From positions 1 through 35,255 of the forward strand of contig JAPUGN010000002.1 in NCBI GenBank assembly GCA_027298165.1: 35,255 nucleotides of DNA. The letters are read 5' to 3'. Made by a program: the position numbers and the translations under genes. Below, piece by piece: positions 24,992 through 34,594 of this stretch. The notes beneath the pieces were generated by a model. That model made no database searches. It was given only the letters and a program-made list of their open reading frames with translations, and had not been told where the DNA came from. The stretch comes from Nitrospinota bacterium (GTDB taxonomy: Bacteria; Nitrospinota; Nitrospinia; Nitrospinales; Nitrospinaceae). The first letter of the stretch is position 1. Each line of letters opens with the position of its first letter.

Positions 24992-27643
24992 TCAGGCCAA
25001 GGCCTGATCGATGGTGTTCAAATGAACTTGAAGTTTGGTTTGCTTTTCCGACAGGTCCTTGTGTTTATGCCGGTCCTTTTCGATGACTTCCGGAGGCGCT
25101 TTGTCAACGAAACTGGGGTTGGAAAGCTTCTTACTTAAAAATATGATCTCTTTTTCGACTTTTTTCAACTCTTTTTCGACACGCTTTTTTTCCTCTCCGA
25201 AATCCATCAAACCTGCCAGCGGTACGATCACCTCCGCGCCACTCAAAATCGAAGATGCGGAAACCTTCGGTTTGACCACCGAGGGGCCGACTTCCAAGTC
25301 TTCAAGCCGTGCCAGTTCAATGACGTAATGCGCAGAAGTATTGGCGATTAGCTCCTTTTCGGAGTCGTCAGTTTTGATTCGTAGGGGAATTTTGAGGCTG
25401 GGTTTCAGGTTCATTTCCCCACGGATATTGCGCGCGGCATTAATGATATCCATAACCCACTGTAAATGTGTTTCTGCTTCGGAATCTTCTTTGTGCGGAT
25501 CGAATTCCGGGTACGGAGCGGTCATGATGCTGGTTCCATCCTTCGGAAGTTTCTGCCAGATTTCTTCGGTGATGAATGGCATGAACGGATGCAATAATTT
25601 TAGCGTCGCTTCCAGTACATGAACCAGGACATTCTGCGTGGCATATTTTTCCACGGAATTTTGTGAATTCAAGCGCGATTTTGACAGCTCGATGTACCAG
25701 TCGCAAAACTCGTTCCAGATGAATTTATAGAGAGCTGTCGCGGCGTCGTTGAACCGGAACGCTTCCAGCGCCTGGTGCACGTCTGCCACGGTGCGGTTGA
25801 GGCGGCTCAGAATCCAGTGGTCGGCCAGGCTTTGGTGTTTGCTGGTTTCCAAGGCGCAGGTGCCGGTGTAATCCTCGAGATTCATAAAAGCGAAGCGTGA
25901 CGCGTTCCACAGTTTGTTGCAGAAATTGCGATAGCCATCGATGCGGTCCTCCGCCAGCTTGATGTCGCGTCCCTGCGCGGCAAATGCCGCCAGCGTGAAA
26001 CGCAGCGCATCGGTACCGTACTGGTCCATCATCACCAGCGGGTCGATGACGTTGCCCTTGGTCTTGCTCATCTTCTGGCCTTCAGCGTCGCGGATCAGGG
26101 CATGGATGTAAACGTGATGAAACGGGATGTCGCCCATGAACTTGAGGCCCCTCATGATCATGCGCGCTACCCAGAAGAACAGGATATCGAACCCGGTGCA
26201 CAAAACGGACGTCGGATAGAATTTTTTCAACGACTCGGTTTGCTCCGGCCAGCCGAGAGTGGAAAACGGCCACAGCGCGGAACTGAACCAGGTGTCCAGC
26301 ACGTCGCTTTCCTGTACCAGTTCCGTGCTCCCGCAATGTTGGCAGGCCGGCGGAGTTTCCCGTGCGACGGTGAACTCGTTGCATGTCCCACAGGTCCACG
26401 CCGGAATCTGGTGGCCCCACCAGATTTGCCGGGAGATGCACCAGTCGCGGATATTTTCCATCCACTCGAAATAGGTGTTCTCCCAGAATTTGGGAACGAT
26501 CTTGATTTTTCCACTACGCACCGCTTCGATGGCCGGTTTCGCCAGCGGTTGGGTTTTCACGAACCATTGTTTGGACAGATACGGTTCGACCACCGTATGG
26601 CACCGGTAGCAATGGCCGACCTTATGTGTATGATCTTCGATTTTGACCAACAGGTCCTGCGCTTTCAAATCTTCGACGATGGCTTTCCGCGCCTCGAACC
26701 GGTCCAGTCCTTTGTAGGGTCCGGCCTCATCATTCATACGCGCGTCGGGCCCCATGACGTTGATCGACGGCAGTTGGTGCCGCTTCCCGATTTCGAAGTC
26801 GTTGGGGTCGTGTGCCGGGGTGACCTTTAACGCGCCGGTGCCGAACTCGGCATCGACGTAACTGTCTTCGATGATCGGCAGCTCGCGTTTCAGCAGGGGC
26901 AGGATAACGGTTTTGCCACCCTTGCCTTTATGCCGTGGGTCTTCCGGGTTGATGGCGACCGCGGTATCACCCAGCATGGTTTCCGGACGCGTGGTGGCGA
27001 CAATCAGGGCGCCGTCACCGTCCTTCAACGGATATTTGATGTGGTACAAATGCCCGGGCTTTTCCTGGTGTTCGACTTCCAGGTCGGATAGCGCGGTGTG
27101 ACAGCGCGGGCACCAGTTGATGATGTAGTCGCCCTTGTAGATCAATCCTTCTTCATACAACGAGACGAACACCTCGCGCACCGCGCGGGACAGGCCTTCG
27201 TCCATCGTGAACCGGTCGCGCTCCCAGTCGAGCGAACTGCCTAATTGCACCAGTTGGTGGTTGATGTTGCCACCCGATTCCTTTTTCCATTGCCAGACGC
27301 GTTCGATGAATTTTTCGCGGCCGAGGTCCTGACGGCTCTTGCCTTCGGCTTTGAGCTGGCGTTCGACCACGTTCTGCGTGGCGATGCCGGCGTGGTCGGT
27401 CCCCGGTTGCCACAGGGTGTTGACGCCGCGCATTCGCTGCCAGCGCGCCATGATGTCCTGCAAAGTGTTATTGAACGCGTGGCCCATGTGCAGGGAGCCG
27501 GTGATATTGGGCGGCGGGATGGCCATGGAAAAGGTTTCGCCGTCGCGCGTTTCATCGGCGTGCGCCAGACGGTGCTTGTCCCAATATTCGATCCACCGCT
27601 TCTCGACGTCGTGCGGTTGATATTGTTTGTCCAGTTGAATCAT
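24992..27643 (-). CDS. valS: valine--tRNA ligase
   Basis: 883 aa. HIGH motif ([16 protein letters not shown]), KMSKS motif (QKMSKTKGN), CP1 editing insertion, and a C-terminal coiled coil. Confidence 0.97.
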   Translation of the reverse strand: MIQLDKQYQPHDVEKRWIEYWDKHRLAHADETRDGETFSMAIPPPNITGSLHMGHAFNNTLQDIMARWQRMRGVNTLWQPGTDHAGIATQNVVERQLKAEGKSRQDLGREKFIERVWQWKKESGGNINHQLVQLGSSLDWERDRFTMDEGLSRAVREVFVSLYEEGLIYKGDYIINWCPRCHTALSDLEVEHQEKPGHLYHIKYPLKDGDGALIVATTRPETMLGDTAVAINPEDPRHKGKGGKTVILPLLKRELPIIEDSYVDAEFGTGALKVTPAHDPNDFEIGKRHQLPSINVMGPDARMNDEAGPYKGLDRFEARKAIVEDLKAQDLLVKIEDHTHKVGHCYRCHTVVEPYLSKQWFVKTQPLAKPAIEAVRSGKIKIVPKFWENTYFEWMENIRDWCISRQIWWGHQIPAWTCGTCNEFTVARETPPACQHCGSTELVQESDVLDTWFSSALWPFSTLGWPEQTESLKKFYPTSVLCTGFDILFFWVARMIMRGLKFMGDIPFHHVYIHALIRDAEGQKMSKTKGNVIDPLVMMDQYGTDALRFTLAAFAAQGRDIKLAEDRIDGYRNFCNKLWNASRFAFMNLEDYTGTCALETSKHQSLADHWILSRLNRTVADVHQALEAFRFNDAATALYKFIWNEFCDWYIELSKSRLNSQNSVEKYATQNVLVHVLEATLKLLHPFMPFITEEIWQKLPKDGTSIMTAPYPEFDPHKEDSEAETHLQWVMDIINAARNIRGEMNLKPSLKIPLRIKTDDSEKELIANTSAHYVIELARLEDLEVGPSVVKPKVSASSILSGAEVIVPLAGLMDFGEEKKRVEKELKKVEKEIIFLSKKLSNPSFVDKAPPEVIEKDRHKHKDLSEKQTKLQVHLNTIDQALA

Positions 27644-27869
27644 TTAAATACCAATAATGATTGGGTTAAAAAGTGAACCCAACAGTCACCCTGATAAGGA
27701 GGGGAAACAATTTTAGTTGTACGAAAGGTTTGGTCTGAGCTTGCCCCTATTTCCAACCCTGCGATTGATCTGTCTTCCAAGAATCGGATTTAAAGGAGAA
27801 TATCGGGCGTTCGGCGCTTGCAGGAAAGGAGGAATGTTATCATAAAATCCGGTGCGCGGGAAACCGGTA

Positions 27870-28961
27870 TCAGGCCTCTTCCGATTTTTTGATCTGTTCG
27901 ATTTCTTCCTGGATGACCTTTCGGATAATGTCCGGTCCTATTTCGCTCAACAAATCCCGCACCGTTTTTTCGAGAGTGGCGGAAACGTCCCCGCGCATGG
28001 CATCATTCGGAAGCCGGGCTTTCACCTGTTCCATGTGTTCCGCAATGACCCGATGGCCCACCCTATTATCGCCGGAGTCTGCGGGTTCCGGAAGGGTTTC
28101 TCCGCTGGCCGCCTCTTCGGCGGTGACCAGCTCCTCTTTAATATTCCGGCGGGCCATCAGCGAAAGCGTCTCTTCGATCAGGTTCGGTCTGGAACCGGGT
28201 TCCCGTTGTGGAGCATTTTCATCGGCGTCTTTCAGGCCGTAATCCGGCGCGGCGATGACCGATTGGAACAATTCGTTCAAGACGCCATCCTCCACCGAGA
28301 CGGGTCGGGTGTCAGCCCGGAAGGCTTCCTCCGGGGCTTTCGTCATGATCTCCGCCGCGTCCTGATTCATCTTGGAAGCTTCGGCCTTGATCTCTTGCGG
28401 TACTTCGGCGGCCAATTCTTTTTCCTCAGGAAATAATTCTTCGACAATGTCCGCAGGGGATTCGCTTTCCTGATTGAGGAGGCCCTCAAACTCGTCTCGG
28501 ATCACTTCATTTTCGGCGGGCTCCGGTTCCGGTGCGGCTTCCGGTTCCGGTGCGGGGACTGCTTCCCGGACTTCGGGTTTGGGTTCCGGTGGAGGAACCT
28601 GCAATTGCGATTTGACCTTTGCCCGGATTTCGTCGGATTTGAACGGTTTCGAGATGTGATCGTCCGCCCTCGAAATATCCATTTCCGCCTGGTTGATATC
28701 TTCAAAATCGCTGGTCAGCAGAATGACGCGGACCGAAGCAAACCGGTCCATGCCCTTGATCTGGCGGCTGAGTTCGTAACCGCTGACGCCCGGTAAATGA
28801 ATGTCGGCGAGTACGATATCGGGTTGGAAGTCCACCATGTACTCCAGAACGTGTTCGCCCTTGCTGATGCCTTCGACTTTGATGCCCTCATTTTCAAACG
28901 CCATGGCTACGATTTTATGGATGGTGGGGCTTTCGTCGGCGACCAGTATTTTTGCTTTCAT
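27870..28961 (-). CDS. response regulator: REC domain + Pro/Glu-rich linker + acidic C-terminal region of unknown function
   Basis: 363 aa. REC residues KILVADES, phospho-acceptor context IVLADIHLPG, LLTSD and ISKPF. Next comes PPPEPKPEVREAVPAPEPEAAPEPEPAENE, then a ~200-aa acidic region ending ...DIIRKVIQEEIEQIKKSEEA. No DNA-binding or enzymatic output domain is recognisable. Confidence 0.85.
   Translation of the reverse strand: MKAKILVADESPTIHKIVAMAFENEGIKVEGISKGEHVLEYMVDFQPDIVLADIHLPGVSGYELSRQIKGMDRFASVRVILLTSDFEDINQAEMDISRADDHISKPFKSDEIRAKVKSQLQVPPPEPKPEVREAVPAPEPEAAPEPEPAENEVIRDEFEGLLNQESESPADIVEELFPEEKELAAEVPQEIKAEASKMNQDAAEIMTKAPEEAFRADTRPVSVEDGVLNELFQSVIAAPDYGLKDADENAPQREPGSRPNLIEETLSLMARRNIKEELVTAEEAASGETLPEPADSGDNRVGHRVIAEHMEQVKARLPNDAMRGDVSATLEKTVRDLLSEIGPDIIRKVIQEEIEQIKKSEEA
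28520..28555. repeat. in-frame 18-nt tandem duplication inside the response-regulator linker
   Basis: gctccggttccggtgcgg / cttccggttccggtgcgg (16/18 identical) encodes the reiterated (A)PEPE(A/P)A units on the minus strand. Confidence 0.7.
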
Positions 28962-29176
28962 GGAAAGAATTCCTTTGTGTGGAAGGGCTTAGGGTATTGT
29001 TGGAGTCCTGTGAATGCACTTCAAAAGCCGGCAGAAAGTCCGATAACTCATTATAAAGTATACCACAGGGAGTCTTCGAGGGGCAATGTGGGCCTGCCCG
29101 TAGGTCATTGATTTTTTGCGTCCTCAGCTTCCGGGTGTTACCATATTTAGAACGGCAATTAAGGAAAATTGAATAC

Positions 29177-31090
29177 ATGGGTCATCGACATCACACCTCC
29201 GGAAACGGTATGGAGGCCTCAGCTCGGGGTCGGTCTGCCCGGAAACCGGCAGCCCGCATCGCCCGCAGGTTTCGGATGGAAGTTGGGATCCTGTTCTTGG
29301 CGCTGGCTTGGATGACGGGTCCGCCGGACCTGGGAGCTGAAGAATACCAGAAACTGGAAATCGCCGCGGACGTGAAATCCCGATTCAGTGACGGCTGTTC
29401 TTCCGTTCAGGAACTGTTGACCCAGGCGGAGGTCCGTGGTCTGGATGGGTTGATCTTCGGCGACCACGACCGGATATCCATTCAATACGGCGTTCCGTAT
29501 CTGGAGAACGTCCTCCGGATCAAAATGGACAGCCCCTCCTTATTAAGCAATGGGGCCGCCACATTTTTGAGCGAGATCAATCAGGTTGACCGGAGCGACG
29601 ACACCGTGGTGCTGGTGCCTGGTGTGGAAAGCGCGCCGTTTTATTACTGGCAGGGGAACCCTCTGGACGGCAACCTGGTCGCCCACAACTGGGACAAGCA
29701 CCTGCTGGTGGTCGGCCTACCCAATTCCCTGGATTACGAAGAAATTCCCACCCTGAACAGCAGTTTCACCACCCGCTACATGAAAGAAAACCTGTTCATT
29801 TTTCTGATATGCGTGGTCGCCACGCTGGTCGGCCTGTACGGGTTTATGGGAAAAAGCTGGCGCGGCGCTTATCTGTTGTTTGCGCTGGTCATGTCGTTGT
29901 TCGCGGTCAATACCCATCCTTTTAAAAGCTCGCCTTTCCATCCGTATCTGGACTGGGGGATCGAACCGTACCAGAACGTGATCGATTACGCGAATTCCAA
30001 AGGGGCGCTGGTGTTCTGGAACCATCTGGAAACGCCGGTGGCCGAGAAAATTGATAACGGCCTGTTCGACGTGCACACCCGGACGGAACGCCATCCTACG
30101 GACCTGCTGGTGACGCGCCATTACACGGGATTCCAGGCCATGAATGAAACGCCGGTTACCGCCGTCGACCCGGGACACGAATGGGATCAGATTCTCAGGA
30201 TGTATTTGGTCGGGGCGCGGGAAAAACCAGCGTGGGGGTACGGCGCCAACGATTTTCATTGTGAAGCCACTGGCCCGAATAAACTCGGCGCGGTGCGGAC
30301 CGTGGTACTGGCGAAGCAAAAAAACCGCGCCTCGGTATTGGAAGCACTCGGTGCCGGACGCATGTACGCCGTCAAACACACAAAAGACCCGCTTCGCCTG
30401 TCGCTGGATACGTTCGAGTTGGTCGACACCGCCACCCACCAACGGGCGATAATGGGGGAAACCCTGAAAACGAAAAATTCGCCGGACATCGGAGTCCGCC
30501 TGAGTACCGCTGGAGCAACCCCTTCGCGGGCGCATGTTCGCCTCATTCGTAATGGTCGGGTAGCGAAACACGCGGTGCTCAATCTTCCCTATGAAGGCGT
30601 GTGGCAGGACCCTGGGTTAGACCCGTCGCGGCCCGCGTACTACCGGCTGATGGTCGAGATCGACGATCAGCATCAACTGGTTTCCAATCCCATCTTTTTC
30701 GATCCGGGGACCCGCGGGCAACCGGGGCTGGCCCTGGCCCGGCTGGAACCCTCCCCGAAACCCACGCCGATGCCTGCCGCACCGGCGGAATCTCAACCTG
30801 CATTAGCGGATACGCAACCCACGCCGGCGGAACCGCAGGCCGCGCCGCCCCCGGAAATCCAACCGTCCAAGGCTGAGGCCGGTCTGCAATATGCGGAAGT
30901 CACCGCCAATGGTGTCCGCCTGCGCAAAGGACCCAGCACCAAATTTCCGATTGCGGGTAAAGCGAATAAGGGTGAGCAGTTGGTTTTCGTCCGCCGGACG
31001 AAGATGAAGTACAAGGGCAAAGCCTGGATCATCGTCAAACACAACGGCCGCCAGGCCTACGTGTGGGAAGGCCTCGTAAAAATCCAGTAA
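29177..31090 (+). CDS. membrane-associated PHP-like (CehA/McbA-type) metallohydrolase-fold protein with Pro-rich linker and C-terminal SH3b domain
   Basis: I prefer ATG 29177 (AAGGA ~12 nt upstream) to the ORF-track start at 29108. Arg-rich N-terminus and hydrophobic segment (RRFRMEVGILFLALAWM). PHP-like motifs RFSDG, LIFGDHD, GANDFH and terminal YYRLMVEID...SNPIFF. Two internal hydrophobic helices (LFIFLICVVATLVGLYGF, AYLLFALVMSLFAV). Pro/Ala-rich linker, then an SH3b-like end (YAEVTANGVRLRKGPSTKFPIAG...AWIIVKHNGRQAYVW). Family assignment is from memory. Confidence 0.6.
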   Translation: MGHRHHTSGNGMEASARGRSARKPAARIARRFRMEVGILFLALAWMTGPPDLGAEEYQKLEIAADVKSRFSDGCSSVQELLTQAEVRGLDGLIFGDHDRISIQYGVPYLENVLRIKMDSPSLLSNGAATFLSEINQVDRSDDTVVLVPGVESAPFYYWQGNPLDGNLVAHNWDKHLLVVGLPNSLDYEEIPTLNSSFTTRYMKENLFIFLICVVATLVGLYGFMGKSWRGAYLLFALVMSLFAVNTHPFKSSPFHPYLDWGIEPYQNVIDYANSKGALVFWNHLETPVAEKIDNGLFDVHTRTERHPTDLLVTRHYTGFQAMNETPVTAVDPGHEWDQILRMYLVGAREKPAWGYGANDFHCEATGPNKLGAVRTVVLAKQKNRASVLEALGAGRMYAVKHTKDPLRLSLDTFELVDTATHQRAIMGETLKTKNSPDIGVRLSTAGATPSRAHVRLIRNGRVAKHAVLNLPYEGVWQDPGLDPSRPAYYRLMVEIDDQHQLVSNPIFFDPGTRGQPGLALARLEPSPKPTPMPAAPAESQPALADTQPTPAEPQAAPPPEIQPSKAEAGLQYAEVTANGVRLRKGPSTKFPIAGKANKGEQLVFVRRTKMKYKGKAWIIVKHNGRQAYVWEGLVKIQ

Positions 31091-31095
31091 CGCTC

Positions 31096-31644
31096 TCAGC
31101 GGAATTGATCCACCTGCGCCCCCTTGTTGCGTGTGTACAGGAACAGCGTTTTGTCGGCGTTCACCTTGTCCGGCGTCATACCCCGAATGCAGAACCGGTA
31201 ACATAGAATTTTCGCGGTGGGTTTCAGTTGCTCCAGAATTTTCGGAAACAGCTTGTCGATGGCCTGGTGCGTGAGATAGACGAACAGGATATCGGCTTCG
31301 CCGTAATCGGTGTCGAAGATATCGGCCTGCACGATGTCCACCCGGTCCTGCACCCCGGCCCGTCGCACTCTGAAGTTGGACAGCCACACCTTGAGCGGGT
31401 CGATTTCGATTCCCGTTCCCAGAAGACCGTATTGTTTCGCCGCGGCGATCAGTACCCGCCCGTCGCCCGAACCCAGATCGACGAGGCGCTCTCCCGCCCG
31501 CGCCTCGCAGAAATCCAGCGCGCGTTTTAAATCCCTGCGCGAGATTGGATGCCAAGGCGACCCGAACAGCGCCGGGCCGATCACCACCACCGCCAACAGC
31601 AATGCGGCCCCGATCGCCAGTATGGAAATTAAAGTGCCCGTCAT
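31096..31644 (-). CDS. class I SAM-dependent methyltransferase with N-terminal membrane anchor
   Basis: ATG 31644 lies 2 nt after the ABC-F stop; the longest ORF (to 31701) would overlap that gene by 55 nt. TM helix LISILAIGAALLLAVVVIGPALF, then motif I VDLGSGDGRVLIAAA. Confidence 0.75.
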   Translation of the reverse strand: MTGTLISILAIGAALLLAVVVIGPALFGSPWHPISRRDLKRALDFCEARAGERLVDLGSGDGRVLIAAAKQYGLLGTGIEIDPLKVWLSNFRVRRAGVQDRVDIVQADIFDTDYGEADILFVYLTHQAIDKLFPKILEQLKPTAKILCYRFCIRGMTPDKVNADKTLFLYTRNKGAQVDQFR

Positions 31645-31646
31645 AA

Positions 31647-33602
31647 TTAAGAGGTTGGGGTGTTCTGGGTGTCTTCGATTTGTTCGGAGAGTTGATCCCA
31701 CTCCGCCATCAGTGCGCTTTCTTCCTGCGCCAGTTCTTTTTGCCGGTCGAGCGTTGCCACTCGATCGCTTTTTCGATTATCTTCATACCAAGAGGAATCG
31801 GCCAGTTGGGTTTCGACCGTCTGTTTTTCCCGCATGACGGACTCCATCTTCTGCTCGACTTTCTTCAGGCGGTCCTGGAGGGGCTTGAGCCGGCGGTAGC
31901 GTTGATTGCGCGCTTCCGCTTCCTTTCGTTTGCGGTTCTTGTCCTTTTTTGAGGCGCTCGATTTTTCCGACGCGGTGGATTCCGCCAACGTGCCGGCCGT
32001 GGTTTCTGTCTCACGCGACTTGGCCCATTGATAATCGCTGTAACTGCCGACGTATTCTTTGATGGTGCCGTCGTTCACTTCCCACACGCGGTTGATGATG
32101 CCGTCCAGAAAATAGCGGTCGTGCGAGATGGTGACCAGCGTGCCCTGGTAATCGGCCAGTGCCGCCGCCAGCATTTCGCAGGAACGCATGTCGAGGTGAT
32201 TGGTCGGCTCATCGAGCAGCAGCAACGAAGCCGGGGAGGCCAGCATGCGCGCGAGCGACAAGCGCGACCGCTCCCCGCCGGAGAGCACCGAAACTTTTTT
32301 CTGTACGTCGTCGCCGGAAAACAGAAACGCGCCGAGAATGCTCTGCTTTGCGGTGCGCAACAGGTGTCCCGCGTCTTCTTCGAGCGATTCCAGAACGGTA
32401 TGGCTCCCGTCCAGGATTTCGATCTGGTGTTGCGCGAAATAAGCGCGTGTGACATTCGTTCCGAGCTTGATCTCGCCCTCCTGGTAATCGATCACTCCCG
32501 CCAGCAATTTAAGAAAGGTGGACTTGCCCGCGCCGTTTTCTCCCACCAATGCCACCTTGAAGCCGCGTTCCAGCAAAATAGAGAAATCGCGGTACACGGT
32601 CACATCACCATAACTTTTGCATACATCCTTGAGCTCGGCAACGATGCGGCCCGTGCGTTTCGGTTGCGGAAAACGGAATTGAATGGTCTTGGTCTGCTTA
32701 AAGGTTTCGACCTTCTCCATTTTCTCCAGCATTTTGATCTTGCTCTTCACCTGAGTGGCTTTTGTGTTTTTGGCGCGGAACCGTTCGATGAACCGTTCCA
32801 CCTGCCCGATGCGCCGGGACTGGGTGGCGGCCTGCGCCTCCAGTTGGGAAATGCGTTCTTCCTTTAATTGTTCGTAGGTGTCGTAATTTCCGGTGTAGAC
32901 CGTAAGCTGCCCACGGTCGAGTTCGATGATGCGGCCCACCAGCGCATTCAGAAATCGCCGGTCATGCGAGATGAGCAGGATACTGCCGTCGTAATTTTTG
33001 AGAAACGATTCCAGCCAGATCACCGATTGCAAATCCAGGTGGTTGGTCGGCTCGTCCAGCAGAAGTACCTCGGGGTTCTGCAACAGCAGACGCGCCAGCT
33101 CGGCACGCATGCGCCAGCCGCCGGAGAACTTTTCGAGCGGCTGGTCCAGCTGGTCTGGCTTGAAGGCCAGGCCGAGGAGAATGGTTTTAGCGCGGGACTC
33201 GCGTTCGTAACCGCCCAGGCGTTCGAAATCGTGTTGCAAATGGCCGTAACGGCGGCTCCATTCCTCCGGCGCGCGCTTGTGATAATCCGAATCGTTCTCC
33301 AGCCGCTCCATTTCCCGTTGGACCTCGCTGAAATGAGAGTCACCGTGGACGACGCGCTCCAGCACGGTGCCCCCGGCGATTCCCAGCTCCTGTTCGAGCA
33401 GGGCCGAATGTGCGCCTTTGCGTAAAACGACTTTTCCGGAGTCGAGGCCTATCTTATTGGTTATGACGCGCAGGAGCGTGGTTTTACCCGTACCGTTTTC
33501 GCCCACCAGGCCGACGCGCTCCTTCGGCCTCAGATGAAAACTAATGTCGTCGAACAACATCTTGGGTCCGAATTGTTTTTTGAGGTTCTGCAGATAAATC
33601 AT
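31647..33602 (-). CDS. ABC-F family ATPase (two NBDs, no TMD; YheS/Uup-like translation-associated type)
   Basis: 651 aa. Walker A twice (GENGTGKTT, GENGAGKST) and signatures LSGGWRMR-type (FSGGWRMRAELARLL) and LSGGERSRLSLARML. It has an inter-domain linker and a charged C-terminal coiled-coil tail. Confidence 0.9.
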   Translation of the reverse strand: MIYLQNLKKQFGPKMLFDDISFHLRPKERVGLVGENGTGKTTLLRVITNKIGLDSGKVVLRKGAHSALLEQELGIAGGTVLERVVHGDSHFSEVQREMERLENDSDYHKRAPEEWSRRYGHLQHDFERLGGYERESRAKTILLGLAFKPDQLDQPLEKFSGGWRMRAELARLLLQNPEVLLLDEPTNHLDLQSVIWLESFLKNYDGSILLISHDRRFLNALVGRIIELDRGQLTVYTGNYDTYEQLKEERISQLEAQAATQSRRIGQVERFIERFRAKNTKATQVKSKIKMLEKMEKVETFKQTKTIQFRFPQPKRTGRIVAELKDVCKSYGDVTVYRDFSILLERGFKVALVGENGAGKSTFLKLLAGVIDYQEGEIKLGTNVTRAYFAQHQIEILDGSHTVLESLEEDAGHLLRTAKQSILGAFLFSGDDVQKKVSVLSGGERSRLSLARMLASPASLLLLDEPTNHLDMRSCEMLAAALADYQGTLVTISHDRYFLDGIINRVWEVNDGTIKEYVGSYSDYQWAKSRETETTAGTLAESTASEKSSASKKDKNRKRKEAEARNQRYRRLKPLQDRLKKVEQKMESVMREKQTVETQLADSSWYEDNRKSDRVATLDRQKELAQEESALMAEWDQLSEQIEDTQNTPTS

Positions 33603-33618
33603 GGAATGAACAAACCGA

Positions 33619-34587
33619 TCACCGCTGTTGGCGGAGTTTGGGGTTGTAGGCTTCGCGCAATCCCTCGCCGCACAGGTTGAACGCCAGCACCACGAACAGG
33701 ATGGTGAAGCCCGGAATGAACGTCAGCCACGGCGCGTCGAAAATAAATCCTTTGCCGTCGGACAGAATATTACCCCAGGTGGCATCGGGCGGCTGCACGC
33801 CGAAGCCGAGAAAACTGAGCGCCGACTCGGTGAGGATCGCTGTCGCCACGCCGATGGTGGCGGACACCAGTACCGGCGCGATGGCGTTCGGCACAATATG
33901 TTGAAAGATGATGCGCATCTCCGGGATGGCCTGACTGCGGGCGGCCATCACATAGTCCTGTTCGCGCAGGGACAAAAACTCGGCGCGTACCAGGCGCGCG
34001 GTGCCCATCCAGCTGGTCAACCCGATGACGATCATAATATTGTAGATGTTTGGCGGCAATAGCGCGACCACGGTTAGAATCAAAAAGAAAGTGGGAAAGC
34101 ATAGCATGATATCGACGAATCGCATGATCAACGTGTCGACGGTGATCAACCCGAGGCGGATGCGCCCGTAAAACCCCGCCAGCCCGCCCAGTAGAACGCC
34201 GACGAAAACTGAAATGCCCACCGCGACAAATCCAATGGTGAGGGATACCGGAGTGCCCTGCAACATGCGCGAGAAAACGTCACGCCCCAACTCATCGGTG
34301 CCCAGCAAGTAGATGTTAAAGGGCGGTGTGTCCTCCGGTTGGACCAATTCGCTGGTGAACGGCGTCAGAGGTGGCAGAAACTTTTCCGACAGCCGCACCG
34401 TTGCCGGGTCGAATGGTTGGCTGTACAGGGTCAACAGTTTCGCGGCGATGGCGAGTGCGAACAGGAAAATCAGGAACCACAGGCTGAACACCGCGCTCCG
34501 GTTTTTTCGGAAGACGTTCCACTTGTCGCGAAACGGGCTGAGCTCCCGCTCCGCCAATGTGCCGCCGATAGTTTCCGCGATGTCCAT
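33619..34587 (-). CDS. ABC transporter permease, OppC/DppC-like
   Basis: 322 aa, six hydrophobic helices, N-terminal OppC_N-like segment, and an EAA-type loop region (ARSQAIPEMRIIFQHIVPNAIAPV). Confidence 0.85.
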   Translation of the reverse strand: MDIAETIGGTLAERELSPFRDKWNVFRKNRSAVFSLWFLIFLFALAIAAKLLTLYSQPFDPATVRLSEKFLPPLTPFTSELVQPEDTPPFNIYLLGTDELGRDVFSRMLQGTPVSLTIGFVAVGISVFVGVLLGGLAGFYGRIRLGLITVDTLIMRFVDIMLCFPTFFLILTVVALLPPNIYNIMIVIGLTSWMGTARLVRAEFLSLREQDYVMAARSQAIPEMRIIFQHIVPNAIAPVLVSATIGVATAILTESALSFLGFGVQPPDATWGNILSDGKGFIFDAPWLTFIPGFTILFVVLAFNLCGEGLREAYNPKLRQQR

Positions 34588-34594
34588 AGGTTCC

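Noticed and set aside
27644-27869. 226-nt region upstream of valS as a T-box or other leader RNA
   Set aside because: No T-box consensus or specifier-loop architecture is visible. There are only short 5-bp stems, plus a weak hairpin/T-run just after the response-regulator stop (about 27844..27867) that is too weak to call as a terminator.
28915-29178. 87-aa minus-strand ORF filling the intergenic region between the response regulator and the PHP-like gene
   Set aside because: It is out of frame with the response regulator start and overlaps it. It has no RBS, and its basic low-complexity translation comes from an AT-richer promoter region. It is most likely non-coding.
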